Shown: one piece after another, positions 21,973 to 23,144 of the stretch | Layout: every line of letters starts with the position of its first letter | How positions within the stretch are numbered: position 1 is the stretch's first letter | Assembly: GCA_030141605.1 (NCBI GenBank) | Contig: JAQGDQ010001864.1 | Location: forward strand, 1-23,144 | Reading direction: 5' to 3' | Length of the DNA: 23,144 nucleotides | Source: Tubiluchus corallicola | Taxonomy: Eukaryota; Animalia; Priapulida | Made by a program: the position numbers and the translations under genes | Notes under the pieces: generated by a model | The model's input: the letters and a program-made list of their open reading frames with translations, nothing else | Databases searched by the model: none | Told to the model about the DNA's origin: nothing

Positions 21973-23144
21973 AGGTAAAAAAGTCACAGGTAAAAAGTCA
22001 CAGGCGAAAAGTCATAGGTTGAAAAGTGACAAGGACAAAAGGCAAACGAAATGACAAATAGCCCTAACCCTAACCCTAGCCTTAACCCTAATCTTACCCT
22101 AAGCTTAGCCCTAATCCTATCCCTAACCCTACCCCTAAGCTTAATCCTAACCATAGCTTAACCCTAACCTTACTCTAGTCCTAACTCTAAGCTTAACCCA
22201 AACCTTATACTAGCCCTAACCCCAAGCTTAACCATAATAACCCTAACCCTAAGCTTAACCCTAATCTTACCCTAGCCCTAGCCCTACGCTTAACCATAAC
22301 CATACCCTAGCCCTAACCCTAAGCTCAACCATAACTTTACCCTAGCGGTAACCCTAAGTTTAAATCTAACTTTACCCAAACCCTAACCCTAATCTTAACC
22401 CTAATCCTGCCTTAGCCGTAACCCTAAGCTTAACCATAACTATACTTTAGCCCTAACCCTAAGCTTAAATATATACCTTACTCTAACCCTAACCCTAAGA
22501 TTAAATCCAACTTTACCCTAAGATTAAATCTAACTTTATCTTAAGCTTAAATCTATCTTTACCCTAGCCCTAACCCTAAGCTTAACCCTAATCTTACCCT
22601 AACCCTAACCCTAAGCTTAACCCTAACATTATCCTAGCCCTAACCCTAAGCTTAACCCTAATCCTACCTTAGCCGTAACCCTAAGCTTAACCATAATTTT
22701 ACCCTAGCGCTAACCCTAAGCTTAAATCTAACTTTACCCAAACCCTAACCCTAAGCTTAACCCTAATCCTACCTTAGCCGTAACCCTAAGCTTAACCATA
22801 ACTTTACCCTAGCGCTAACCCTAAGCTTAAATCTAACTTTACCCAAACCCTAACCCTAAGCTTAACCCTAATCGTACCTTAGCCGTAACCCTAAGCTTAA
22901 CCATAACTTTACCCTAGCGCTAACCCTAAGCTTAACCCTAATCCTACCTTAGCCGTAACCCTAAGCTTAACCATAATTTTACCCAAACCCTAACCCTAAG
23001 CTTAACCCTAATCGTACCTTAGCCGTAACCCTAAGCTTAACCATAACTTTACCCTAGCGCTAACCCTAAGCTTAACCCTAATCCTACCTTAGCCGTAACC
23101 CTAAGCTTAACCATAATTTTACCCAAACCCTAACCCTAAGCTTA
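21973..23144. repeat. (ggtaaaaagtcaca) arm followed by a degenerate telomere-like (CCCTAA)n array with 35-bp periodicity, running off the window
   Basis: The arm spans 21973-22045 and CCCTAA variants start at ~22060. AAGCTT recurs every 35 bp from 22648 to 23138. Confidence 0.93.

Noticed and set aside
22060-23144. True telomere
   Set aside because: The C-rich strand runs 5'->3' toward the right end, which is the wrong polarity. The repeats are degenerate with a 35-bp period.

Overview
AT-rich, repeat-dense animal genomic DNA, probably invertebrate and possibly arthropod. It contains no prokaryotic operon or CRISPR array, and almost all ORFs in the supplied track are artefacts of simple repeats. 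The best host-gene signal is one spliced coding exon on the minus strand (16668-16862). It encodes a signal peptide and a two-cysteine propeptide resembling myosuppressin neuropeptide precursors. I found no exon for the mature peptide, so most of the window may be one large intron. The rest is transposon debris and tandem arrays. Elements include a complete 5S-rRNA-headed SINE with a 12-bp TSD and (CAA)n tail, two related solo LTRs each with its own 5-bp TSD, a TTAA-flanked piggyBac-like MITE, Tc1 and LINE protein fragments, and several dispersed repeat pairs. There are six large tandem arrays (periods 52, 51, 5, ~60, ~15 and 35 bp). Several arrays appear to have grown out of transposon sequence, most clearly the 52-bp minisatellite, which amplifies a LINE ORF2 coding segment. 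All calls were made by eye and family assignments need database confirmation.
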